Source: Candidatus Rokuibacteriota bacterium
Lineage (GTDB): Bacteria; Methylomirabilota; Methylomirabilia; Rokubacteriales; CSP1-6
Assembly (NCBI GenBank): GCA_016184305.1
Contig: JACPCX010000095.1
Location: 1 to 26,486, forward strand
DNA: 26,486 bases
Direction of reading: 5' to 3'
Positions 1-8,524 of the stretch are shown here, in pieces. The notes beneath the pieces were generated by a model. That model was not told the DNA's origin, searched no databases, and was given only the letters and a program-made list of their open reading frames with translations. The stretch's first letter is position 1. Each line of letters opens with the position of its first letter. The position numbers and the translations under genes were made by a program.

Positions 1-237
1 TGCCCGAGCTTCGAGTCCGGGCGCGAGGACATCGGCGGCCCGTACCACTTCGTGAAGCTGGCGCAGCTGCACTGGGACCCGCGCGACAGCGCCGATCGGC
101 CGGCGCAAGCGGCTCAGCTCGGCATCGCCCGATGCGCCGGCTGCCGCAAGTGCGCGTGCCCCCTCGGGATTCCGATCTACCGTGCGGCGGTGGCGCCGCT
201 GGCGGGTGGGCGCTCGGAGCGTTCAGCCGGCGAGTGA
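1..237 (+). CDS. 3' end of SdhB/FrdB-like Fe-S subunit (partial at window edge)
   Basis: Frame 1 reads CPSFESGREDIGGPYHFVKLAQLHWDPRDSADR...GIARCAGCRKCACPLGIPI*. CP..GP, DPRD and a C-terminal Cys cluster ending CPxGI are typical of the SdhB/FrdB C-terminal domain. Confidence 0.75.
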   Translation, partial: CPSFESGREDIGGPYHFVKLAQLHWDPRDSADRPAQAAQLGIARCAGCRKCACPLGIPIYRAAVAPLAGGRSERSAGE

Positions 238-369
238 CCGGCCGAGGCGCTGGCGGCGCGCGCAGTGCGGACGGTGGCGACCGCTCTCTCGCCGCGATCG
301 GCTGGCTCCACGCGCACGACGCGGCATCCATCGATCCCGCGTGACGGGGAGCCTGGCGACGAGCGTGTC

Positions 370-3300
370 TCAGAACCCGAGCGCGCGGACAGCCGTCCGG
401 AAGCGCTCGACGTTCCTGAGCTTGACGTCCTCGTACCCCCGGACCACGTCAGGGAGAGTGGCGAGCGTGATCGCGCGCTCGTACCCATCGCCCTCCAGGG
501 TGCACAGCGCGCGCTCGATCAACCCGCGGTACTCGGCGATCAGCTCGCGCTCGACGCGGCGCACCTTGGCATGGCCGAAGGGGTCGAGCGCCGTGCCCCG
601 CAGGCGGCGAAGGGCGACGAGCGCGCGAAACACCGGCTCGATCCACCGCCCGGCCGCGATCTTCCGCCTCAGGCCGAGGGCGCGGAGGATGGGCGGGTGC
701 AGGAGATAGCGCAGCGTCACCCCCTCGGGGTACTCGGCCTCCAGGGCGCGCGCCATGTCGCCCCTGAGGTGGAGCCGCGCGACCTCGTACTCATCCTTGT
801 AGGCCATGAGCGTGAAGAGGGAGCGCGCCACCGCCTCGCTGAGCCGGGTCTCGCCCGGTCGGCCCGCGCGCTCGGCGGCCGCCACACGGCCGACGAACTG
901 GGCGTACTGGCGGGCGTACGCCTCGTCTTGATAGGCGATGAGCTCGGTGACACGCACCTCCAGCACCCGCCGGAGCTCGCCGTCCGCGCCGGCGGCGGCG
1001 TCGACGTGCTGCCGCGCGGCGGGGTGGATCTCGCGCGCCAGCTCCACCGCACCGATGCGCCGGGACCGCAGCCCCTCGATCCAGCCGGGCTCGGCCACCG
1101 CGCGCCGGCCCGCGCGAAAGGCGTGGGTGTTGGCGTCGACCGACACGCCGTTCAGCGCGATCGCCGTCTCGATGGCCGCGGCGCTCACGGGAATGGCGCC
1201 GGCCTGATGCGCCGCGCCCAGAAGGACCAGGTTCGCCATCATGTGATCGCCGACCAGGGTTTCCGCGAGCCCGAGCGCATCGAGAAAGACGTTCTCGTCC
1301 TTGCGGGTGACGCGATTGATGGCGGCGATCAGGCCGCCCGTGTCGGGAAAATGCAACTCCGGTGAGCTGACCATGGCGCCTGTCGGTACATGGCTGGTGG
1401 AGATCACCGCCATTGTCCGGTCAGGCCGCGCCCGGTCGAGATTGCCCGCGGCCGTGGCCACGAGCAGGTCGAAGCCCAGGTAGCAATCCGCCGTCCCGGC
1501 GCCGACCTTGTTCGAGATGTCGAGCGGCGCCGACGATATCTTGAGATGCGACACGACCGGGCCGCCTTTTTGGCTCAAGCCGGTCTGGTCGAGCCCGCGC
1601 ACGAACCGCCCGTCGAGCAGGGCGGCCGTGCCGAGGATCTGGTTGACGGTGACGACGCCGGTGCCGCCGATTCCCGTCATGACGATATGGCAGTCGCGCG
1701 GGACGCGCGGTTCGGGCTCGGGCAGCTCGGCATCGATGGCCACGCGACTCCGCCCTCTCGACACGGGGGCGCCGCGCGGCACCGCGGTGACGAAGGCGGG
1801 GCAGTCGCCCTCGAGGCACGAGTAGTCCTTGTTGCACGACGACTGGTGAATCTGGGTCTTGCGCCCCAGCTCGGTCTCGACCGGGTGCACCGACATGCAG
1901 TTGGACTTGGCCCCGCAGTCGCCGCAGCCTTCGCAGACGGCCTCATTGATGAAGACGCGGCGAGTGGGATCCTCGATCCGGCCGCGCTTGCGCAGGCGCC
2001 GGTTCTCGGCCGCGCAGTGCTGGTCGTAGATCAGCACGGTCACGCCGGGAGTATCGCGCAGGGCGCGCTGCGCCTCGTCGAGCCGGTCGCGGTGCCACAC
2101 CTGCACCGCGGGCGCCCATCGAGCCCGGCGCGGGTGCTTGTCGGGACGGTCGGCCAGCACGAGGATGCGCCCGACACCCTCGGCCTCCAGCATCCGCGTC
2201 AGGGCGGGCACGGTCATGGCGCCCGCGGCGCTCTGCCCGCCGGTCATGGCCACGGTACCGTTGTAGAGGATCTTGAAGGTGATGTTCGTTCCCGCCGCGA
2301 CCGCCTGGCGGATGGCGAGCGAGCCCGAGTGGGCGAAGGTGCCATCGCCGAGGTTCTGGAACACGTGCGCCGTCCCCGAGAACGGCGCGGCGCCAACCCA
2401 GTGCACGCCCTCGCCGCCCATCTGCGTGAGGCCCACCGTCTGCCGGTCCATGGTCAGGGCCATCGAGTGGCAGCCGATGCCGCCTCCGGCCAGCGAGCCC
2501 TCGGGCACCACGGTGGAGCGGTTGTGCGGGCAGCCCGAGCAGAAGAAGGATCTGCGCGCGACCGCGAGCGGGGCGGGCCGCTCCCTGAGCGCCTCCAGCA
2601 GCGCGGCGTGCGCCGTGATGGAGGGCGCCTGGATCCGCCGCTCCAGCCGCCGCGCCAGGATCAGCGCGATCGTGTCGGCATCGAGCTCACCGGCAGCCGG
2701 AACGAGGACCTCTCCCTGCTCGTCTCGCTTGCCGATCACCCGCGGCCGCACCGCCTGCTCGAAGAGGATGTCGCGCGTGTACAGCTCGACGAAGCTTCGC
2801 TTCTCCTCGATGATGAGCAGCTCCTCCAGGCCCCGCGCGAACTCGCGGATGATGCCGGGCTCGAGCGGGAACAGCATGCGGAGCTGGAGCAGCCGGACGC
2901 CGAACCGACGGAGCGCCTCGTCGTCGAGCCCGAGCGCCCGGAGCGCCTCGCGCACGTCGTAGTACGTCTTCCCGGCGGCGGCGATGCCGAGCCAGGCATC
3001 GGGCGTGGGCACGCTGATGCGGTTCAGGCCGTTGGCCGCGGCGAACGCCTTGGCCGCCTCGATGCGGTCGTAGAACAGCTCGCGCTCCATCTCGAGGCCC
3101 CAGGGCGGGAACTTGATCATGCCGTGGGTGGCCCGCCACGGGCGGCCCTGCACGGTGAAGCCCGGATCGACCACGCGGATCCGGCCCGGCGACACCTCGG
3201 CGGTTCCGACCTCATCGGAGACGTTGGTGACGATCTTGAACGCCACCCAGCAGCCGGAGTACCGCGACAGCTCGAAGCCCAGGCGGCCGAGGTCCAGCAC

Positions 3301-3837
3301 CTCCTGCACGTTGCCGGGGAAGAGCACGGGGAACATGAGATCGGCAAAGCACGCTTCCGACGCGGTCGGGAAGGTAGAGGACTTGGCCACCGGGTCATCA
3401 CCCGCGATCGCGAGGACGCCGCCATGGGGGCCGACGCCCGCGAAGTTGGCATGGCGGAACAGGTCCCCGGTGCGGTCCACACCGGGTGCCTTGCCGTACC
3501 ACATGCCCAGCACACCGTCGTACCTGGGCTTGGGGAAGGCGGCGGCGAGCTGGCCGCCGAAGACGATGGTGCCGCCGAGCTCCTCGTTCAGCCCGGGGAG
3601 GAAACGCACATTGTGCTCGGCCAGCAGCGCCGCGCTGCGCTGCACATTCAGGTCGAAGCCGCCGAGCGGCGAGCCGGGGTATCCGGAGATGATGGTGGCG
3701 GTGTTGAGCCCGCGCCGCCTGTCCGCTCGGTGCTGATCGAGGGGCAGGCGCACCAGCGCCTGGATCCCGGAGAGGAAGATCGCCCCCTCCTCCCGCAGGT
3801 ACTTGGCCTCGAGCGAGAACGCATCGCCATTGTCCAT
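370..3837 (-). CDS. Indolepyruvate ferredoxin oxidoreductase family protein (fused alpha/beta, ~1155 aa)
   Basis: SGYPGSPLGG, GLNEELG, WYGKAPGVDR, FCSGCPHN, GDGT..HSG TPP motif, CEGCGDC and CLEGDCP Fe-S motifs, GIGGTGV, YKDEYEVARL. ATG at 3837 has GGAGG 7 nt upstream, so it is preferred over GTG 3843. Confidence 0.93.
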   Translation of the reverse strand: MDNGDAFSLEAKYLREEGAIFLSGIQALVRLPLDQHRADRRRGLNTATIISGYPGSPLGGFDLNVQRSAALLAEHNVRFLPGLNEELGGTIVFGGQLAAAFPKPRYDGVLGMWYGKAPGVDRTGDLFRHANFAGVGPHGGVLAIAGDDPVAKSSTFPTASEACFADLMFPVLFPGNVQEVLDLGRLGFELSRYSGCWVAFKIVTNVSDEVGTAEVSPGRIRVVDPGFTVQGRPWRATHGMIKFPPWGLEMERELFYDRIEAAKAFAAANGLNRISVPTPDAWLGIAAAGKTYYDVREALRALGLDDEALRRFGVRLLQLRMLFPLEPGIIREFARGLEELLIIEEKRSFVELYTRDILFEQAVRPRVIGKRDEQGEVLVPAAGELDADTIALILARRLERRIQAPSITAHAALLEALRERPAPLAVARRSFFCSGCPHNRSTVVPEGSLAGGGIGCHSMALTMDRQTVGLTQMGGEGVHWVGAAPFSGTAHVFQNLGDGTFAHSGSLAIRQAVAAGTNITFKILYNGTVAMTGGQSAAGAMTVPALTRMLEAEGVGRILVLADRPDKHPRRARWAPAVQVWHRDRLDEAQRALRDTPGVTVLIYDQHCAAENRRLRKRGRIEDPTRRVFINEAVCEGCGDCGAKSNCMSVHPVETELGRKTQIHQSSCNKDYSCLEGDCPAFVTAVPRGAPVSRGRSRVAIDAELPEPEPRVPRDCHIVMTGIGGTGVVTVNQILGTAALLDGRFVRGLDQTGLSQKGGPVVSHLKISSAPLDISNKVGAGTADCYLGFDLLVATAAGNLDRARPDRTMAVISTSHVPTGAMVSSPELHFPDTGGLIAAINRVTRKDENVFLDALGLAETLVGDHMMANLVLLGAAHQAGAIPVSAAAIETAIALNGVSVDANTHAFRAGRRAVAEPGWIEGLRSRRIGAVELAREIHPAARQHVDAAAGADGELRRVLEVRVTELIAYQDEAYARQYAQFVGRVAAAERAGRPGETRLSEAVARSLFTLMAYKDEYEVARLHLRGDMARALEAEYPEGVTLRYLLHPPILRALGLRRKIAAGRWIEPVFRALVALRRLRGTALDPFGHAKVRRVERELIAEYRGLIERALCTLEGDGYERAITLATLPDVVRGYEDVKLRNVERFRTAVRALGF

Positions 3838-3892
3838 GCTCACCCCTCCCGCGGATACTCTACTCTACCTTCACCGCTCTCGGACGCTCTGG

Positions 3893-4081
3893 CTATCGGC
3901 GATCAGTAGCTGTGGCGCCCGCGCAAGAGGCGGCGCTCTCATACAGCGGGTCCTTCGTCTTGAGGTGCATCGCCTCGAGGTAGACGAGCACGACGCCCAT
4001 GCCGATGGTCAGCGGTGGAAACAGCTAGTGAAACCCAACGGTGAGCGCGAACTGGAGCCGCGACAACAGCACGACGTCCAT
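3893..4081 (-). pseudogene. cydA: Cytochrome bd oxidase subunit I N-terminal fragment with in-frame stop
   Basis: [50 protein letters not shown] matches the CydA N-terminus (LSRLQFALT..H.LF.PLT.G). TAG at 4025-4027; similarity ends after ~51 codons; GAGGAG RBS upstream. Confidence 0.85.
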
Positions 4082-4183
4082 GACCGCTCCTCTCGCCCGA
4101 GTGCGCCTGTCTTATGGTGACCAGGCCCCACCCGCCGGCGCCGCCGCCGTCTGGGCCGCGCCAGACACCGGGTGTGCGACGCT

Positions 4184-4300
4184 CCCGGCGAGTGTCCGCG
4201 CGGTGGTGAGGGGCGAGAAGATCGTGTGGAGCACGGGGGCGTCGTCCCGCCGGCCACGCGCGATGCGCCGCAGGGCTTCCAGCTCGCGCCCCCGCGCCCC
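4184..4300 (-). pseudogene. Internal fragment of uroporphyrinogen decarboxylase (URO-D)-family protein
   Basis: GARGRELEALRRIARG..DAPVLHTIFSPLTTARTLAG resembles the 'L.AL..I......P...T.FSP.T.A..L.G' segment; no start or end of the gene is present. Confidence 0.5.
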
Positions 4301-4589
4301 CAGATCCTCCAGCAGATCCTCGCTCACCTGGGTCTCGCGCGGGCGGGGCACAGCCCCGGCCCTGCCCCGCCCCGCGCCCTCAACTCGCAGGGGGACGGGG
4401 GATCGGCAGCCTTCATGCCCTCGCTCGCGGCGCGGTGCCGCGGTGCCGCCAGCTGCTGGAGGGCATCGTCCTGGTCGGCCTGGTCCTTGACGGCACCGCA
4501 GTCCCCGGCTAGCATGGCGGTCAGTGGCGCGGACTCTCTCGGCTCGCGGGGAGGCGTGTGTGTGCCCTGTGCCATCGGCTCCTCATCCC

Positions 4590-4841
4590 TCGTGACTCGC
4601 TCGACGCCGCCGTCTCCGCGGAGGGCGCGGAAGCGGTCGCCGCGTTCGTTCGCCGCGCGCGGGACCGCTTCGGGGCGATTCGCGCGCGGCGACACATCGT
4701 TGCCCGCCGCGTGACGTGCTCTCCGCGGCTCCCAAGACCGCTGTCGAATCCGTCGCGAAGACCGTCGCCAGGGGAGAGGGACAGTTCGGCATCCCAGCGA
4801 ACTGCGTGGCGCCGGGCAGGATCGACGTGGGACTCGGCGCG
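4590..4841 (+). pseudogene. Short-chain dehydrogenase/reductase fragments
   Basis: EAVAAFVRRARDRFGAI in one frame, then LSAAPKTAVESVAKTVARGEGQFGIPANCVAPGRIDVGLG (GI..N.VAPG.I motif) in another; no GxxxGxG N-terminus. Confidence 0.65.
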
Positions 4842-4915
4842 GGCTACATCAACGCCGCGTTCACCGACGCCGACGGCCTGCTGGTCTTCATGGCGGTGCT
4901 GATGCTGCGTCCGGC
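4842..4915 (+). pseudogene. C-terminal remnant of branched-chain amino acid ABC permease (LivH-like)
   Basis: GYINAAFTDADGLLVFMAVLMLRPA resembles the LivH end (GY.....D......L..VL..RP.G); fused in frame to the SDR fragment. Confidence 0.55.
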
Positions 4916-4918
4916 GTG

Positions 4919-5143
4919 CTCTACCTCTACTATTCTCGCCACATCTCACCCGAGGCGTTCACGGTGTGGGAGAGCATTTTGCTCGTCCTCATCACGATGA
5001 TCGGCGGCGTCGGCACGATGGCGGGCCCGATCGTCGGCGCCGCGGTGTTCCTGGTGCTGCCTGAGGTGCTGCGGCTCTCGCCGGCGGTCCAGCCGGTCCT
5101 GATCGGGCTCGTGCTGATTCTCGTCGTCGTCGTGGAACACGAC
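4919..5143 (+). pseudogene. C-terminal fragment of branched-chain amino acid ABC permease (LivM-like)
   Basis: HISPEAFTVWESILLVLITMIGGVGTMAGPIVGAAVFLVLPEVLR (ISP..F, GG.GT..GP..GA, LPE.LR). It ends in VEHD, which may be a LivG H-loop remnant. Confidence 0.75.
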
Positions 5144-5151
5144 TCACCACC

Positions 5152-5382
5152 GAAGTATTCGCGATGATCCAGGCGCTCCGGTCGGACGGCCGGGGGATCC
5201 TGCTCGTCGAGCAGAACGCGCTGCTCGCCCTGTCCATCGCCGATCGCGGCTACGTGCTCGGGGGCGGGCGCATCCTCGCTGCGGCGCGGAGCGGCGAGTT
5301 GATCGAGACCGAGCGGCTGAAGCAGTCATACCTGGGCTACGGAAGCGGCCCGAAGCACGAGGAGACGGTACATGGCGCATGA
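5152..5382 (+). pseudogene. C-terminal fragment of branched-chain amino acid ABC ATPase (LivF-like)
   Basis: EVFAMIQALRSDGRGILLVEQNALLALSIADRGYVL..G.I...SYLG; Walker A, Walker B and signature motifs absent. Confidence 0.8.
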
Positions 5383-5707
5383 ACACGTCCTGACATCCGT
5401 CGTCGATCACGTGGCCTGGCTCACCATGAATCGCCCCGAGCGCCACAACGCCTTCGATCCCGAGACGCGCGAATCGCTCGCGACGGCGGTGTCGCGGTGC
5501 GGAGACGACGCGAGTGTCGGCGTGGTCGTGATCACCGGTCCAAGCGACACGGCGTTCTGCGCCGGCGGATGTCTTCGCGACGTGGCGACGGGCGATCTCG
5601 GCCGTCTGCGGTCGCTCTTCTTCGGGATGCTCGAGGGCGCGACCGCGTTCATGGAGCGGAGCACACCGGACTTCATGCAGTTCCGGCAGGCGGGGAAGCC
5701 ATCATGA
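5372..5707 (+). pseudogene. Crotonase-family (MenB/BadI-like) gene with large in-frame internal deletion
   Basis: N-terminus (VAWLTMNRPERHNAFD...VVVITG..AFCAGG) joined directly to the C-terminus (EGATAFMERSTPDFMQFR); 111 aa versus ~260 aa typical. Confidence 0.8.
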
Positions 5708-6864
5708 TTCCGCGGACGCTCTTCTCCGCCGAGCACGAGCTCTTCCGCAAGACGGTGCGGCGCTTCATCGAGACCGAGATCACGCCGTACCACGCGCAGT
5801 GGGAGCGCGACCGCGTCGTCTCGCGCGACGCCTGGCGACGGGCCGGCCAGGCCGGGCTCCTGTGCACCGCGATCCCCGAGGAGTACGGTGGTCTCGGCGG
5901 CGACTTCCTGCACAGCGCAGTGGTGCTGGAGGAGCTGGCGCGCGTGGGAGCGAGCGGTCCCGGCTTCAACCTCCATTCGGACATCGTTGCGCCGTACATC
6001 CTCCACTACGGCACCGAGGAGCAGAAGAAGCGCTGGCTCCCGCCGATGGCACGAGGCGAGGTCATCACCGCGATCGGCATGACGGAGCCCTCGGGCGGCA
6101 GCGATCTCCAGTCGATCCGCACGACGGCGATCCGCGACGAGCAGGAGTTCGTCGTCAACGGCCAGAAGGTCTTCATCACGAACGGGCAGCTCTGCGACCT
6201 CCTCGTGCTCGCGGCGAAGACCAATCCGCGCGAGGGCGCGCGCGGGCTCAGCCTCGTCCTGGTCGAGGCGGATCGGCCGGGCTTCGCGAAGGGCCGGAAC
6301 CTCGAAAAGGTGGGATTCAAGGCGCAGGACACGTCGGAGCTCTTCTTTTCCGACGTGCGCGTTCCCGCGAGCAACCTGCTCGGCGAGGAAGGGCGCGGCT
6401 TCGCGCAGCTCATGACCGAGCTCCCACAGGAACGGCTCATCCAGGCCGTACGCGCGGTCGCGGTGTGCGAAGCCGCGCTGGAATGGACCGTCGAGCACGC
6501 GCGGCAGCGCCAGACGTTCGGGAAGCCGCTCGCCGCGCATCAGAACACGCAGTTCAAGCTCGCCGAGATGAAGGCGCAGATCACGGTCGCGCGCGCGTTC
6601 GTCGACCGCTGCATCGAGATACACCTTCGCCGCGAGCTCGACGGGGTCGACGCCGCCATCGCGAAGATGACCGCGACCGAGCTGCAGGGGCGCGTGCTCG
6701 ACGAGTGCGTGCAGCTCTTCGGCGGGTACGGGTACATGTGGGAGTACCCGATCGCCCGCGCGTGGGCGGACGCGCGCCACGCGCGCATCTCCGGCGGCTC
6801 GGTCGAGATGATGAAGTACATCATCGGCCGGAGCGTCGCCGGCAAGATCGACGAGGGCCGCTGA
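5704..6864 (+). CDS. Acyl-CoA dehydrogenase (LCAD-like), 386 aa
   Basis: IPEEYGGLG, AIGMTEPSGGSDL, NGQKVFITNG, QDTSELFF, LPQERL, QLFGGYGYMWEYPIAR; ATGA overlap with the upstream stop. Confidence 0.95.
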   Translation: MIPRTLFSAEHELFRKTVRRFIETEITPYHAQWERDRVVSRDAWRRAGQAGLLCTAIPEEYGGLGGDFLHSAVVLEELARVGASGPGFNLHSDIVAPYILHYGTEEQKKRWLPPMARGEVITAIGMTEPSGGSDLQSIRTTAIRDEQEFVVNGQKVFITNGQLCDLLVLAAKTNPREGARGLSLVLVEADRPGFAKGRNLEKVGFKAQDTSELFFSDVRVPASNLLGEEGRGFAQLMTELPQERLIQAVRAVAVCEAALEWTVEHARQRQTFGKPLAAHQNTQFKLAEMKAQITVARAFVDRCIEIHLRRELDGVDAAIAKMTATELQGRVLDECVQLFGGYGYMWEYPIARAWADARHARISGGSVEMMKYIIGRSVAGKIDEGR

Positions 6865-6869
6865 CGTGG

Positions 6870-7395
6870 AGTCCGTGTACCACCAGGGTGCTGCGCTCTC
6901 GGAGCCCGGCCCCAACGGCCCCGGCCACAGGTCACAGGACCCGGCGGAGGCGCATCAGGAGCGACACACGCCATCTCCGCCGGGCGGCTGAGATCCGGCC
7001 GCCCCTGGGGACCCCCGCCCAGCATCCGGGGCGGTCCGTCTCGTGACGGTGAAGGCGAGGGTCGGTCCGGCGATCGGCCTCTGGCTCCGAGCGATCCTGC
7101 GCCCGGCCCCGGGGCACAGTCAAGGAGCGGCGTCGGCGCGGAGGGGTGGGGGGCCTGGCGAGCCCGCAGGGAGGGGGCAGGGGGTCAGGAGGGCGGAGCA
7201 GCTCGACGCGCTGGCGGCGGGGGCAGCTGGGGCCGGGCCGGGCGGATCGGCGGGGCCCGAGAGCGCGAGGTGGGCGAGGAGGGTGCGCACGACGGCCGGG
7301 TGCTGGACGGTGATGATGCCCTGCAGGCGGCCGCGACAGGGGGAGAGGCGAGGGCGTCGAGGGCGAGGTCTCGGTGTATGATCGCTCGCCGCGGC
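6870..7395 (-). mobile_element. Decayed IS91-family-like transposase 3' end plus downstream flank
   Basis: Minus strand RAIIHRDLALDALASP/(frameshift)/CRGRLQGIITVQHPAVVRTLLAHLALSGPADPPGPAP resembles the C-terminal 'R.F..D.L.CP.CGG.LR.IA...DP.V...IL.HL' of IS91-like transposases. Boundaries are approximate. Confidence 0.55.
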
Positions 7396-7599
7396 AGGGT
7401 GCGGCTCGCAATGTATGGATTCAAGCGTGCGGGGGCTCTGACGCTACGCGCGCACCGGGGACAACGTCGTCCAGTACGTCCTCCAGAACAAGAAGACGCC
7501 GATCTGGGTCGAGGGCGGCTACGCGGCGAAGACGGGCCTGCCAGAGATGGCGCAGGGCACGGGCATGCCGACGGCCGAGGCGCAGGCCCTCCGCAACGA

Positions 7600-7746
7600 G
7601 GTCTGGCGCTGGTGGACAACACCAATCCCGAGCGGCTCGCCCGGGCCTGCACCGAGGAGGGCCGGAACGAGTTCCTCTTCACCGCGGCGCCGATCCGGCT
7701 CATCGGGAGCACGGGCGCGCCCGCGCACCCGATCGCCATCTTCTGA
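7600..7746 (+). pseudogene. C-terminal fragment of cyclase-family (kynurenine formamidase-like) protein
   Basis: GLALVDNTNPERLARACTEEGRNEFLFTAAPIRLIGSTGAPAHPIAIF* (LA..C...GR.EF....AP....G.TG.P..P.A.F); the rest of the gene is missing. Confidence 0.75.
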
Positions 7747-7772
7747 TCGCCACCTCGGAGGAGAGAGGGCAC

Positions 7773-8492
7773 ATGGACCGCACGAAGAGCGTGGTGACGC
7801 CGGAACGCTTCGACTCCGGCATGACCTTCGAGAGGTACCTCGCGTACATCGCCAGCCCCGAGAATCTCGAGCGCGAGGGCTCGGGCGGCGAGGGGCGGAA
7901 AGACCTGAGCGGGGTGGTGCGCGCCTGGTACGCGGCGAGCCGGTTGAGCGATCATCAGGCCGCGGGGTGGACGTGGCTCTGCGCCCAGCCCGGCGGACCC
8001 GCCAAGATCCTCGTCCTCTCCGAGGAGTGGTCGTCCGACTGCCGGCGCGACGTGCCCATGCTGGCGCGGGTGGCCGAGGCCACGGGGATGGAGCTCCGCA
8101 TCTTCAACCGCGACGGCCGGAAGTTCAGCAAGAGCCAGCGGCCCGAGGTCGAGGGCGACCCTGACAGCAACGCGGACATCATGGCCGCGTTCATGAACGC
8201 GAAGAACGGTCAGCGTTTCCAGTCCATCCCGGTGGCCGTGTTCTACACCCGGGACCTCCAGTACCTCTACCACTACACCGAGTTCCCGGCGATCTATCAC
8301 AAGGACCGCGTGGTGTACGAGGGGATCCGCGCGGCCCGGTTCGGCGAGACCCCGCAGCAGACCCAGGAGCGGGCGGCCCGCGAGTTCGGCGCCCTGCAGC
8401 AGTCGCCCTTCTTCCGCGTCTGGGCCTGCGCGGGGATCGACGAGATGCTGAGCGCATTGCACGAGCGACTGGTGATGGGCTCGCTCGCCTGA
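7773..8492 (+). CDS. Thioredoxin-fold protein (Thioredoxin_9-like) with SxxC site, 239 aa
   Basis: GGAGGAG RBS; KILVLSEEWSSDCRRDVPMLARVAE..ELRIFNRD and cis-Pro SIPV motif. Confidence 0.8.
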   Translation: MDRTKSVVTPERFDSGMTFERYLAYIASPENLEREGSGGEGRKDLSGVVRAWYAASRLSDHQAAGWTWLCAQPGGPAKILVLSEEWSSDCRRDVPMLARVAEATGMELRIFNRDGRKFSKSQRPEVEGDPDSNADIMAAFMNAKNGQRFQSIPVAVFYTRDLQYLYHYTEFPAIYHKDRVVYEGIRAARFGETPQQTQERAAREFGALQQSPFFRVWACAGIDEMLSALHERLVMGSLA

Positions 8493-8524
8493 GCGGGTCG
8501 CGGAGGTGGGGATCGGCCGCGCTC

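Noticed and set aside
234..344. 36-codon ORF overlapping the SdhB-like stop (GTGA)
   Set aside because: No recognisable motif and poor codon bias.
265..3909. Long plus-strand ORFs (366 aa, 839 aa)
   Set aside because: Antisense shadows of the IOR gene, expected in high-GC DNA; no motifs. The same applies to 5407-6915, 21071-22711, 23532-24599 and 25231-26457.
4025..4027. In-frame TAG in cydA as recoding (pyrrolysine or alternative code)
   Set aside because: The gene is also truncated, and TAG is a normal stop for several genes here (HAD, trpB2, nitrilase, CDF).
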